NCBI GenBank assembly: GCA_964586145.1
Contig: CAZPHH010000002.1
Coordinates: forward strand, 38,176-102,175
Length of the DNA stretch: 64,000 bases
Direction of reading: 5' to 3'
From: an uncultured Phycisphaeraceae bacterium
Lineage (GTDB): Bacteria; Planctomycetota; Phycisphaerae; UBA1845
Position numbers and translations under genes: made by a program. This document shows, in pieces, positions 17,013 through 26,592 of the stretch. Numbering within the stretch: the first letter of the stretch is position 1; each line of letters opens with the position of its first letter. The notes beneath the pieces are model-generated. The model saw only the letters and a program-made list of their open reading frames with translations, was not told the DNA's origin and ran no database searches.

Positions 17013-19370
17013 CTATCCTGTGAACGCCTCCTGGAACGTCTGGAAATCCTCGGCGTCCACGTCGCCGTCTGCGTCAACGTCAAAGAGGTCGCATCCCGCC
17101 GCGATCGGCCCCGCGTTCGGGCCGGTGACGCAGTCAGCGAACCGCACGTAGTCCGCCACGTCCACGTCACCGTCCACGTCATAATCACCCGGCAGCCACG
17201 GGCCGATCGCGAAGTTCACCTCCGTCATCCCGGCCCGCTCCACGAGCACCGACGGACGCGATACGTCGGGCGTGGCGCCATAGCCGGCCGACACCTCCAG
17301 AATCGTCCCGCTCGCACCGGCCGGCAGGTTCTGAATCAGGAATCGGCCGTTCGCGTCCGTCTGCGTCGTTGCGGACGCACCGGCGTGAACCACGGCATGG
17401 TCAACGGGCAGCCCTGTGTTGCCGTCCACCACGCGGCCGTACACGGATCCTTTCGTCGCGTACGGCGGCAATCGCCACGGCATGGTCGGGACCGTGTCCG
17501 TTGTCGTGAACAGGTTCGCGGCCACATACGGATACCAGTTTGCCCACGGTTCGCCGCCGTTGTTGGTGGATCGGTACGAGTACGTGCATAGCCCGTCCGC
17601 GCCGGCGTTGCGGGCATACGCCATCTGCGTGATGCTGTTCGCAAACGTGTTCATGTAGATGCCCGGCCCGATGACCGCCTGGCGGCCGTACGCCGCGGTC
17701 CAGGCGACGGTGTTGTCGACCCACTGCCGGTAGGTCACCGGGTAGCTGCCCTCACTGAAGTAGCACATGGGAATGGCGGTATCCAGGTACCCCAACTCCA
17801 TCCACAATCGCCAGTCACTGAACACGTCGTAGTACGGTCGGGTCTGCGTGAAATCCGTATTGGCCGGATACCACGTGACCAACGCACCCGAGTGTCGGAT
17901 CGGCTGCCGCGGGCTGTTCACCAGGGGGATTTCCGTCATGGCCCGGCGTACCACTTCGGTGACCGTCGTGCGGCGAAAATCATCCCAGGATTCTTCACCG
18001 TCATACGGCGGCGTGCCCACGTATCCCGTCAGCGCTTTGAACCGAGCCAGTGTTGACCCGGCGTAGTTCACGTCTGACGGGTACCCCGCGTCCTTCGTGG
18101 TGTACCGGATGTAGTCCCAGTGAATGCCGTCCACCGCATAGTTGCTGCAGATCTCCACGATGATGCTGGACAGGTAGTCCTGCACGTCGGGCGAACCCGC
18201 ATCCAGCGTGTAGTAGTTGCTCACCTTCTCCGGGCCGCCCCCCATCTCGGCCCGCGGAACCATGATCCATTCCGGATGGGCCGCCAGGATCGGGTTCCCA
18301 GGCGGCGGCCAGACGCTCGACACCCGAAACGCCACCAGCCACGCATGCACTTCAAGGCCGTTTGCGTGCGCCTGCTGAATCATGTACGCCAGCGGGTCGA
18401 ACGACGGATCGATGTCCGAGGCCTTCGGTATGATGTTGGAGTTCCAATACGCCCCGTGGGCGCTGGTGCCCGTATCCTGAAACGCCAGCACCTCCGGGAC
18501 GATCACGTTGTATCGCCCCGCAATGGCGTTGCTGATCATCGTGTCCACCTGCGCGGGAGTCTTGAATCCGATGCCGAATGCGTCGATCCAGAACGCGCGA
18601 AACTCCCCCCCGCCCGGTGCGGACGGCGCGAACACGGCCGTGACCGTCTTGTCCTGGTCCATGGAGACGGTCGTGCTTGCCGCGCCGGGGTTCGCCGCAC
18701 CCGCTCCCGCGGAAACGTCCCAGGAATCAAACCGCCAGCCCGCGGCGGGCGATGCGCTGATCGGCTGGCTTGCTCCCTGAGAAACGGCGTACGGCCCGCC
18801 CGCGGCCGGGGTCACCGTGCCGGCGCCCGCCGGTTCGACCGCCATGGTCAGATGCACCGTGCCCGAACCGACCCGGTCAAAACGCACCGCATCCGCGATG
18901 ACTACGTGCGCACTGGCATCGGTGTTCAACCGGACATATCCGCTCGTCCCTGAGTCAAAATCGTAGGCCCCAAGGCTGAACCACGTCTCGCCGTTGATCT
19001 GCTGGTTTACCGACACGGCCGAAGACCCGGTCGCGTGATGAACCGTGAACGGTGCGTTCACGGCCCGGTTGGCGCCCTGAACGTACCAGACAGTCACTTC
19101 GTACGTGCCGTTCTCCGGCAAATCGGGTCGCCATTCCACCTCGCCCGGCTCACCGCCGCCGCCCGACGTGAGCGACCACACGTAGTCCGCTCCGTACGGC
19201 GCGCCGTACACGCCGGAGGTCCACTCGCCGTAAAAGACGGTGAAGCCCGCATCCGCGTTGTCCACGATCACCGTTTGCCCGCCGGCAACCGCCGCAAGCA
19301 TCCCGAGAACGCACACGCCACACGCTGTGGGTAGACCCACGCTGCGCAAACCGATTCGCTGCATCGCCAA
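17013..19370 (-). CDS. Secreted multidomain glycosidase-like protein (GHL10/DUF187 core, carboxypeptidase-regulatory-like domain, dockerin-like tail)
   Basis: 785 aa with a signal peptide (LGMLAAVAGGQT). The core EFRAFWIDAFG...LEVHAWL...VDGIHWDYIRY resembles the glycoside-hydrolase-like family 10. Then GSVYGRVVDGNTGLPV...NGRFLIQNLPAG, and a C-terminus with two DxDxDG-type loops. Confidence 0.8.
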   Translation of the reverse strand: MAMQRIGLRSVGLPTACGVCVLGMLAAVAGGQTVIVDNADAGFTVFYGEWTSGVYGAPYGADYVWSLTSGGGGEPGEVEWRPDLPENGTYEVTVWYVQGANRAVNAPFTVHHATGSSAVSVNQQINGETWFSLGAYDFDSGTSGYVRLNTDASAHVVIADAVRFDRVGSGTVHLTMAVEPAGAGTVTPAAGGPYAVSQGASQPISASPAAGWRFDSWDVSAGAGAANPGAASTTVSMDQDKTVTAVFAPSAPGGGEFRAFWIDAFGIGFKTPAQVDTMISNAIAGRYNVIVPEVLAFQDTGTSAHGAYWNSNIIPKASDIDPSFDPLAYMIQQAHANGLEVHAWLVAFRVSSVWPPPGNPILAAHPEWIMVPRAEMGGGPEKVSNYYTLDAGSPDVQDYLSSIIVEICSNYAVDGIHWDYIRYTTKDAGYPSDVNYAGSTLARFKALTGYVGTPPYDGEESWDDFRRTTVTEVVRRAMTEIPLVNSPRQPIRHSGALVTWYPANTDFTQTRPYYDVFSDWRLWMELGYLDTAIPMCYFSEGSYPVTYRQWVDNTVAWTAAYGRQAVIGPGIYMNTFANSITQMAYARNAGADGLCTYSYRSTNNGGEPWANWYPYVAANLFTTTDTVPTMPWRLPPYATKGSVYGRVVDGNTGLPVDHAVVHAGASATTQTDANGRFLIQNLPAGASGTILEVSAGYGATPDVSRPSVLVERAGMTEVNFAIGPWLPGDYDVDGDVDVADYVRFADCVTGPNAGPIAAGCDLFDVDADGDVDAEDFQTFQEAFTG

Positions 19371-19821
19371 GACTCCTTGATCGCTCGTCTTTCTTGCGGT
19401 GTACCGGGCGCCCGATCACTGCCTCAGGCTCCCGGTGCGATGGCGCATCCCAACGCTTTGCCGCAGCACTGATTATAGCGGGCGGCCTCCCGAAACGGCG
19501 CGCCGAAAATCACAATCCGGCGCCTTCTTGCAGATATGGCTTCAATCGTCGCATTGCGGCTGCAAGCCCGCGCGACGGGATCGGTCTGCTCAGACGCCTC
19601 ATGGGACGATTGTGCCATGCCCACGGGGCGTTGGGGAGCTCGAGGGCAGGTGGAGAGGTTTTGTGGCTCTGGTAACGGTTCTCGGACCTTCAACACGCCC
19701 GTTTCGACGGGCGCGCCGAACGAGCAGGGCCGATCAGGTCCGGGAAACCGCTGTGCCGAGAGAGGGCACAAGCACGGCGACACACCGCGCGGGTGTGACG
19801 CATGCTTCACACAACTCCTTC

Positions 19822-19841
19822 CGTCCGAGCTTCGTCGGACG
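19822..19841 (-). terminator. Hairpin immediately after the stop of the PEP-CTERM gene (weak terminator candidate)
   Basis: cgtccga / gcttcg / tcggacg: 7-bp perfect stem, 6-nt loop, no U-tract. Confidence 0.3.
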
Positions 19842-19843
19842 CT

Positions 19844-20872
19844 TCAGCGGACGCGGCGGTCCGCTCGCCGGCCTGCCAGAAGCGTCAAGCCGCCCAGGAG
19901 CACCAGCAACACTGCCGATGGCTCGGGGACGTGGGGGACGTACGTCACGAATACGCTGTTGAAGCCCACGGAGAAGGCGGATGCAGCGCTGAAGCCTTCG
20001 TCGGTCAGCAAGACACGGCCGTACCGGTCGCCGAGAACGATGGTGCCGTCCGGCAGGACGTCCACGTCATACAGATCCACAGGCGGGCTCGCCGTGGCGA
20101 GGTTGGTGGTGGCCAGCCACTCGCCGTTGGGGTTCAGCCGGTGGAGTTCTCCGTCGGGGTCCGCGATGAAGATGTCGCCGGCGGCATTGGCGGCCACGGA
20201 GCGATGGGCCGTCGATCCGAGCGATGCGGTCAGGTCGAGCCTGCCCGTGCGGGCCAGGGTGATCGGATCGTATACGTCCAGCCGGCTTCCGCCGGGGCTC
20301 GTGCTGGGGTAGAGAACATACAGCAGTCCATCCAACCCCAGGTTGAGGTCAATCGGCTCGATGTCGAGCGCGAACCGCTGCGCCGTGGACTGGTCCCGGT
20401 CGAAGCGGATGACACCCTTCGCAGTGCCGCTTAACGTCACCATGTCCGTGACGAAGGCGTACTGCTCGTACGCCGCGATTCCGCCGTACGCCTCGTTCTG
20501 GAGGTTGCTCCACCCGGTGAAGGTTGTATGGGACCAGGACTCTGTGACCGGATCGTAACAACTCAGATATGGCGCCGCCGTGCCGTTGTACACCAGGACA
20601 TGGCCCTGACGGTCCACGACGATGTCGCGGGCACGCTCTGCCGCCGGCCCGGGGTAGGGGATGGGGACGGTCTGGACCCAATCGCCCGAGGGCGTAAACT
20701 CGAGCAGCATCTGGTCGGTGTGGATCAGCAGGTTGCCGCCGGTCAACGGTGTCGCGTCCGCAACGGCGGCCGTTGCGAGCAACACACCGAGCGCCGGGCC
20801 CCCGAAGAGCCGGCGGATCGACCGGCCGGGGCGCTGCCATACTCGTCGGACTCGGTTCGTCGTCGTGGACAT
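19844..20872 (-). CDS. PEP-CTERM-anchored beta-propeller (NHL-like) protein
   Basis: ORF 19844..21532 trimmed to the ATG (rc of 20870-20872; SD GGGAGGA upstream). Signal peptide present. C-terminus VPEPSAVLLVLLGGLTLLAGRR has the PEP motif, a TM segment and a basic tail. Confidence 0.75.
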   Translation of the reverse strand: MSTTTNRVRRVWQRPGRSIRRLFGGPALGVLLATAAVADATPLTGGNLLIHTDQMLLEFTPSGDWVQTVPIPYPGPAAERARDIVVDRQGHVLVYNGTAAPYLSCYDPVTESWSHTTFTGWSNLQNEAYGGIAAYEQYAFVTDMVTLSGTAKGVIRFDRDQSTAQRFALDIEPIDLNLGLDGLLYVLYPSTSPGGSRLDVYDPITLARTGRLDLTASLGSTAHRSVAANAAGDIFIADPDGELHRLNPNGEWLATTNLATASPPVDLYDVDVLPDGTIVLGDRYGRVLLTDEGFSAASAFSVGFNSVFVTYVPHVPEPSAVLLVLLGGLTLLAGRRADRRVR

Positions 20873-21153
20873 CTGTCTTCTCCTCCCTTTTGTGTGGATA
20901 CGAATTGCGTGAACTCCGCGCGGCATGGACAGACGCGGCGCAGAGCCGTTCCGGACGGGCAGACATGCCGTCCTCACATCTACCATAACGAAGCCCACAA
21001 ACCGCTTGCTGGAAGTGTTGAAGAAGCCGTACGACCGCGAGACAGGTCTTCTCTCTCTTTCGCCGCGCCCGCCGATTCCCTCCCTGCAAGCAACACGCGT
21101 GTATCGGAATCCCGCGCCGTTGTCAAGACCAGGCGGACAAAGTTTGTCCTCGC

Positions 21154-21831
21154 TCAGCCGATTACCGGGTCGGTTCGGCGAGTGCCGTCGGAGAGGTCCG
21201 AACAGTCCTCCGGTCCGGTTTCCAATGGGCGAAACTGCCCCGATTCCGGGTGAAACGCAAAGACCTCGCCGGTCTCGATCTTGTAGACCCAGCCGTGCAG
21301 TCGCAGCCGCCCCTCGGCCAAAGCCGCCGCAACAGACGGGTGCGTACGCACGTTTTCCAACTGGACCAGCACGTTCTCCTCGACGGCCGCGGCCACTCGT
21401 GCCGGACCCTCCAGGCTTGCGTAGTTCTCGCCGATGATCCGGCGCGTCGAATCCGCGTAACCCAACCAGGCCCGGACGGCCGGCATGGTCTCGACATCGC
21501 CGGGCGCCAGCAGGGCCTGCATGGCCCCACACCCGGAATGACCGCAGACGATCACGTCGCGGATGCCCAGGGCGACCACCGCGAATTCGATGGTGGCGGC
21601 CTCCCCGTTCGTGCCGGAGCCGTGCGGCGGAACGATGTTGCCGGCGTTCCGAAGGATGAAAAGCTCACCCGGTTCGGTCTGTGTGATCAGGTTGGGATCG
21701 ATGCGGGAATCCGAGCAGGTGATGAACAGGGCCATGGGCCGCTGGCCGACGGCCAGCCGCTCGAACAGGTCGCGGCGGGTCCCGAACACGTGTTTCTGAA
21801 AAGTATGCACTCCCCGCACGAGCTTCTGCAT
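21154..21831 (-). CDS. Beta-class carbonic anhydrase
   Basis: ORF 21154..21909 trimmed to MQKLV. Zinc ligand motifs [10 protein letters not shown] and [10 protein letters not shown]. Confidence 0.9.
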   Translation of the reverse strand: MQKLVRGVHTFQKHVFGTRRDLFERLAVGQRPMALFITCSDSRIDPNLITQTEPGELFILRNAGNIVPPHGSGTNGEAATIEFAVVALGIRDVIVCGHSGCGAMQALLAPGDVETMPAVRAWLGYADSTRRIIGENYASLEGPARVAAAVEENVLVQLENVRTHPSVAAALAEGRLRLHGWVYKIETGEVFAFHPESGQFRPLETGPEDCSDLSDGTRRTDPVIG

Positions 21832-21912
21832 GGTTTGGCATTCCTGTGGCCGACGCGGGAAGACTCCCTCCGTCGACAGAATGTTGCAGCACCGAAAAAC
21901 CGTGAACAAAAC

Positions 21913-22467
21913 CTATTGCGGCGTGGCGAAAACCTGCACCCAGTATATCCGGTGTTCGCCGCCGCGGTATACGCCCAGGCCGGTGTGCGTAAAGACGGAA
22001 CGCAACAGGTTCGTGCGGTGGCCCTCGCTGTTCATCCACCCCGTTACAACCGATTCAGCCGTGCAGGGTCCGTACGCCAGGTTCTCGCCGACCGCGGTCC
22101 ACGCGTAGCCGGCATCGGCAATACGCCCGTCCACCGTGTCGCCGTTGAGATCCGTGTGCCCGATAAAACCCTGCGCGGCCTGGGCCTCGGCATAGGCCTG
22201 CGCCACCGCCTGCAAGACGGGATCGACCGCCAGCGGGCCCACACCGGCCCGGGCTCGTTCCGTGTTGCCCAGCGCGACCGCCTGGGCGGCCAGTTCAGCC
22301 GTGCTGTACTCGTCCGAACAGGCGGCCCCCCCGTTGGGGTCGTTCGGGCCGATGAGGATAACAGTTCCGCCCGAGCCACCGCCAACCGGTACGCCGCAAC
22401 CCGTGCCGAAGGTGAGCGCCACACTGATTGCCAGCATTGCCACGCAGGACAGAGTATTCCGGATCAT
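21913..22467 (-). CDS. CAP/SCP/PR-1 domain lipoprotein
   Basis: ORF 21913..22938 trimmed to the ATG (rc of 22465-22467; SD GGGAGA). Lipobox LTFGTGC. GWMNSEGHRTNLL...THTGLGV is the CAP-domain signature. Confidence 0.75.
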   Translation of the reverse strand: MIRNTLSCVAMLAISVALTFGTGCGVPVGGGSGGTVILIGPNDPNGGAACSDEYSTAELAAQAVALGNTERARAGVGPLAVDPVLQAVAQAYAEAQAAQGFIGHTDLNGDTVDGRIADAGYAWTAVGENLAYGPCTAESVVTGWMNSEGHRTNLLRSVFTHTGLGVYRGGEHRIYWVQVFATPQ

Positions 22468-23002
22468 TCCGCGTTCTCCCGCCGACCGCCAGGCGGACGG
22501 CTGACGTTTCGCTTCTGAAGGAGGGCCGCGGTCCGAGCGGTCCTCCCCCCACGCTTCCATTATCGTCCATAACGCGCCGAACCAAAGACGCCTCGCCACA
22601 GAATCCCCGCTCCGTGCCGGCTCAGGAGTCTTTCCGCCAGCCACGGCACCGTGCTCCCGTCTCCCCGGCCCTGACATCTCCGGGACCGGTTCTCCAGCCC
22701 TTCCAGCCTCCAGGTCTCCAGTTTTTGTGGGACCGGCTTTCTCGCCAAGGCGAGGCGCCTGCGGAGACGAGCCGGTCTTGCCTTGTTCCAGTCGCGGATG
22801 GTCCGCGGAGCGGACTCTACTCGGCTGCGGCGGGCAAGGCCCGTGAACGGAGCTGGTGCGCAGAGCAGACAGTGGGCACTGATCAAGAGACGGTGGCACA
22901 CGACCGAGCACGGGACGACTGCCGCCCCAAAGGGCCACGCCTCTTTTTTATGCTCGCGACCTTCGCGTCCTGCCGGGTTGGGAGGAGCCCGAAACGGCGG
23001 CG

Positions 23003-24088
23003 TCACGTCGCCTGAGAACCGTCTTCCGGCTGAGCGGATTTCGGTGCCGTGGGCGCCGGTTCTGCCGGTCGCGCAGGCTGGCCGGCGGGCTCCGGCTCGG
23101 CCGGCGTGGACAGGCGCACGGCGTCGAGCATGCGCAGAGTCGTCCGGTTCTCCGGGTCCAGCGTGTCCGCCTTCTGGAGCGACAGGTGTGCCTGATCGGA
23201 CCGGCCGGAGAAGAAATCCCAGTAGCCCAGCAGGAACCACCGGTTCGCGCTGTCGCCGGCCTGCGCGGCGGCGTCCCGAAGCTTGCGCGTGTGCTCGTCG
23301 AAATCCTTGATCCGGCCATAGTCGCCGCGAATGTCCAGCGGCAGAAACACCAGCTTGGGCTGCAACTGCAAAGCCCGTCGAACGCTGAGGGCCGCCTCGT
23401 CGTAGCGACCCAGCGCAACCAGGGCATGCGCCGCATGAAGCCGGGCCGCGGCGTCTCCCTGGTTCAACTGGGCGGCCAGAACGAACTGCCGCGACGCAAG
23501 CGAATAGTCGCCCGCCTGGAACGCCCGGACGCCCGACTCCATCGCCTTCATGTAGGACCGGGTCCCCAGCTCGTATTGGAAGCTCCACTCGGCGAACTCC
23601 TTCCCGTCGCGGTGTCCCTGGTAATACCCCTCGTCAAACGCGGGATCGCCGGGATAGACGTAGTAGGGGACCGGGCCGGGCGCATAGCCGTACGGATACC
23701 CGCGTGGGGCGTATCCGTGGTCGGGATGCGGTCGAGCCGGCGAGCCCCAGGGGCGGTAGTACGGACCGCGGTACCCGCCGTACGGACCATACGAGTCGTA
23801 CTCACGTGAGAATCGCGAACCGCGGTACTGGCGCATGCGATATCGCCAGCTTCGCTCATAGAAGTCGTAGGGCGGCTCGGAATCGTAGTCGATCCATTGC
23901 GGCGGGTCCGCCCACGGCCCGACCTCCGGAGGCGGCTCCGCCGGCGGGACCGGCGGCTCGACCGTCGGCGCCGGCGAGGGATCGGCCTGTTCCTGCCCGA
24001 CCGCCCCGGCCGCCCATGCAAAGACCGTAACGATTGCGACCCACCGCGCCACGGGCAGCGTGCATCCCCCGTCCGTCTGGTTGAACAT
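23003..24088 (-). CDS. Secreted TPR-repeat protein with a Pro/Tyr/Gly-rich low-complexity region
   Basis: ORF 23003..24151 trimmed to MFNQTD (SD AAGGAG). Signal peptide present. A Y/G/P-rich stretch (YGPYGGYRGPYYRPWG...GYPYGYAPGPVPYYVYPG) is followed by TPR-like helices. Confidence 0.65.
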   Translation of the reverse strand: MFNQTDGGCTLPVARWVAIVTVFAWAAGAVGQEQADPSPAPTVEPPVPPAEPPPEVGPWADPPQWIDYDSEPPYDFYERSWRYRMRQYRGSRFSREYDSYGPYGGYRGPYYRPWGSPARPHPDHGYAPRGYPYGYAPGPVPYYVYPGDPAFDEGYYQGHRDGKEFAEWSFQYELGTRSYMKAMESGVRAFQAGDYSLASRQFVLAAQLNQGDAAARLHAAHALVALGRYDEAALSVRRALQLQPKLVFLPLDIRGDYGRIKDFDEHTRKLRDAAAQAGDSANRWFLLGYWDFFSGRSDQAHLSLQKADTLDPENRTTLRMLDAVRLSTPAEPEPAGQPARPAEPAPTAPKSAQPEDGSQAT

Positions 24089-24296
24089 GGGAAGCTCCTT
24101 GTAGCGAAAGGCACCGCGTTCTGCGTTGCGGCCGGCCGCGTCGGGCGCCACCGAACGCGGCTCACGCCATTATACCCGCCCCCCGCCGAAGAGTTGAGGG
24201 GAATTTCCGGCCTCCCGGCCCCGCGCTGTCGAAGGACCGCCCCCGGCCGTATAATCCCGCCTCACCTGGACGCAGGTGCCAGCACGGAGGTCCCCC

Positions 24297-26015
24297 ATGC
24301 AGCTTCAGCGGCTCATCGACGTGGCCGCGGGTCGCCGGCCCGCCGATCTGGTGCTTAAGAACGGCCACGTCGTCAACGTCTTCTCGGATGAGATCTATCC
24401 CGCAGACGTGGCCATCTACGGCGACCGGATCGCGGGCATCGGACGCTACAACGGCGCGGAAGAGGTGGACGTTTCCGGGCGCTTCCTCTGCCCCGGCTTC
24501 ATCGACGGCCACGTTCACATCGAGTCTTCCATGCTGAGTGTGCCGGAGTTCGCCCGCGTGGTGGTGGCGCACGGCACGACGGCGGTGGTGGCGGACCCGC
24601 ACGAAATTGCGAACGTGATGGGGACCGAGGGCATCCGGTTCATCCTTTCCTCCAGCAAGTACTGTCCCATCCACGTGTACCTGACTCTGAGTTCGTGCGT
24701 GCCCGCGTCGCGCTGGGAAAGTGCCGGGGCCGAGCTGACGGCCATCGACCTCCTGCCGCTGCTGTCCGACGACTGGGTGCTGGGCCTGGCCGAGGTGATG
24801 AACTTCCCCGGTGTGGTCGCGAAGGACGAGATCGTGCTGGACAAGCTCAAGATCGCCGGGAACGGGGTCATCGACGGACATGCGCCGGGCCTGAGCGGAC
24901 GGGCGCTGAACGCCTACGTGGCCGCCGGCGTGCAGAGCGATCACGAGTGTACGACCGTCGACGAGGCCCGCGAGAAGCTGCGGCTGGGCATGCACGTCAT
25001 GATCCGCGAGGGCTCCGCCGCCCGCGACCTGGACGCCCTGCTCCCCCTGGTGACGCCGGCCACCGCCGATCGCTTCATGTTTGTCACCGACGACAAGGAC
25101 GTGGACGATCTGATCGAGGAAGGGCAGATCGACGTGATGGTGCGGCGGGCGGTGGCGTTCGGGCTTTCGCCCACGCAAGCCGTGCGCATGGCGTCCTGGA
25201 ACGCGGCGCGATACTTCCGGCTGGACCGGGTCGGGGCGATCGCCCCCGGGTACCTCGCGTCATTGGCCGTCCTGGACGACTTCGAGACGTGCCGGGTCAA
25301 CCGCGTCTACCATGCGGGTCAGGAAGTGGCCGTGGAGGGTCGCTGCACGGTCGATTCGGGATCGCCGCGTCGGGCCCCGGTGCTGCGCAGCACGATCAAC
25401 GTACACTGGCTGGAGCCCGCTCACTTCGCCGTTGCCGCCGAGGGGACCGGATGCCGCCGCGTCCACGTGATTGAGGTGGACGAGGGTCAGCTTCAGACGC
25501 GGCGAAGCGTGGAGGCCCTGCCCCTCAACGACGGCCATGTCGTGCCGGACCCCGCTCGCGACGTCGCGAAAGTGGCCGTCATCGAACGTCACCAGGCCAG
25601 CGGAAACGTCGGCCTGGGCTTTGTGCGAGGGTTCGGCCTGACCCGGGGGGCCATCGCGTCGTCCGTCGCGCACGACTCACACAACCTGGTGGTGGTCGGC
25701 ACCAACGACGAGGACATGTTTGCCGCGGCCGTGCATCTCGTGAAGATCCGGGGCGGTCTTTGCGTCGCGTTGGGGGGTGAGATTCTCGCCGACGTGGCCC
25801 TTCCCATCGCCGGCCTGATGAGCCCCGCGCCGGCGGGTGACCTGCGAGACGGCCTGCGCGAGCTGCACGCCGCGGTGAAGAAGCTGGACTGCCGGCTGCG
25901 CCGACCGTTCATGGCGATGTCGTTCCTGAGTCTCTCGGTTATCGGAGCTCTGCGTGTGACGGACCAGGGGCTGATTGACGTGGACGCGTTCGAGCGGATT
26001 GAGCTGTTCGCCTGA
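24297..26015 (+). CDS. ade: Adenine deaminase
   Basis: ORF 24276..26015 trimmed to MQLQRLIDVAAGRRPADLVLKNG...PGFIDGHVHIESSML...DPHEIANV, which closely parallels the Bacillus Ade N-terminus and amidohydrolase metal motifs. Confidence 0.9.
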   Translation: MQLQRLIDVAAGRRPADLVLKNGHVVNVFSDEIYPADVAIYGDRIAGIGRYNGAEEVDVSGRFLCPGFIDGHVHIESSMLSVPEFARVVVAHGTTAVVADPHEIANVMGTEGIRFILSSSKYCPIHVYLTLSSCVPASRWESAGAELTAIDLLPLLSDDWVLGLAEVMNFPGVVAKDEIVLDKLKIAGNGVIDGHAPGLSGRALNAYVAAGVQSDHECTTVDEAREKLRLGMHVMIREGSAARDLDALLPLVTPATADRFMFVTDDKDVDDLIEEGQIDVMVRRAVAFGLSPTQAVRMASWNAARYFRLDRVGAIAPGYLASLAVLDDFETCRVNRVYHAGQEVAVEGRCTVDSGSPRRAPVLRSTINVHWLEPAHFAVAAEGTGCRRVHVIEVDEGQLQTRRSVEALPLNDGHVVPDPARDVAKVAVIERHQASGNVGLGFVRGFGLTRGAIASSVAHDSHNLVVVGTNDEDMFAAAVHLVKIRGGLCVALGGEILADVALPIAGLMSPAPAGDLRDGLRELHAAVKKLDCRLRRPFMAMSFLSLSVIGALRVTDQGLIDVDAFERIELFA

Positions 26016-26592
26016 GAGAAGCCGGCCCCGGTGAGGTCCCATAGGCGCGGACGCTCAGGGCCGGAACGCCCTTTGGGGGGGGCAGATATTCAGATTTGAA
26101 CAGGCACCCCGATCCTGCGAGAAGCGGGAGCGTGAAATCCAGTCCCCCTGCGAAACGTCCACGCCCGCAGCAAAGCATGGACCGGAAACTTTCTTTCGGT
26201 CACTGCATAAATTGATCAGTGTTTCATTTTCCAAGCTGCGTGATTACAATCACATGGAGCGCTGGGCCCCGGTCTCCGTGGAGCCGGGACAGCGAGCTGG
26301 ATACCGGGGAAAGCTCGCATGGGAAACGTCGCTCGATAGGGCGGCTGTAACGCGGAAAGGCGCGGGGGAAGAAGCACGTATCGGTTGACACCCGTGGCTG
26401 ATGCGTCGGTCCGGGGCGCACCCCTGCCGAAACCGGTTCACCCTGCCCTTCTGCCATCATTCCCCGAGCCGGCTTTGTTGTTGCGCGGACAAGCATGAAT
26501 GCAGCGATGCCCTCGGATGGGCACATCGGAAGCGTCGACAAGCGTCGACGGAGTTGCGACGGACGATGTTGTTTGTTGAGGAGGAATCAGTA

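Noticed and set aside
20893-20901. DnaA-box-like TGTGGATAC (rc GTATCCACA, 1 mismatch) upstream of the NHL PEP-CTERM gene.
   Set aside because: It is a single isolated 9-mer 26 kb from dnaA with no AT-rich unwinding element, and is expected by chance.
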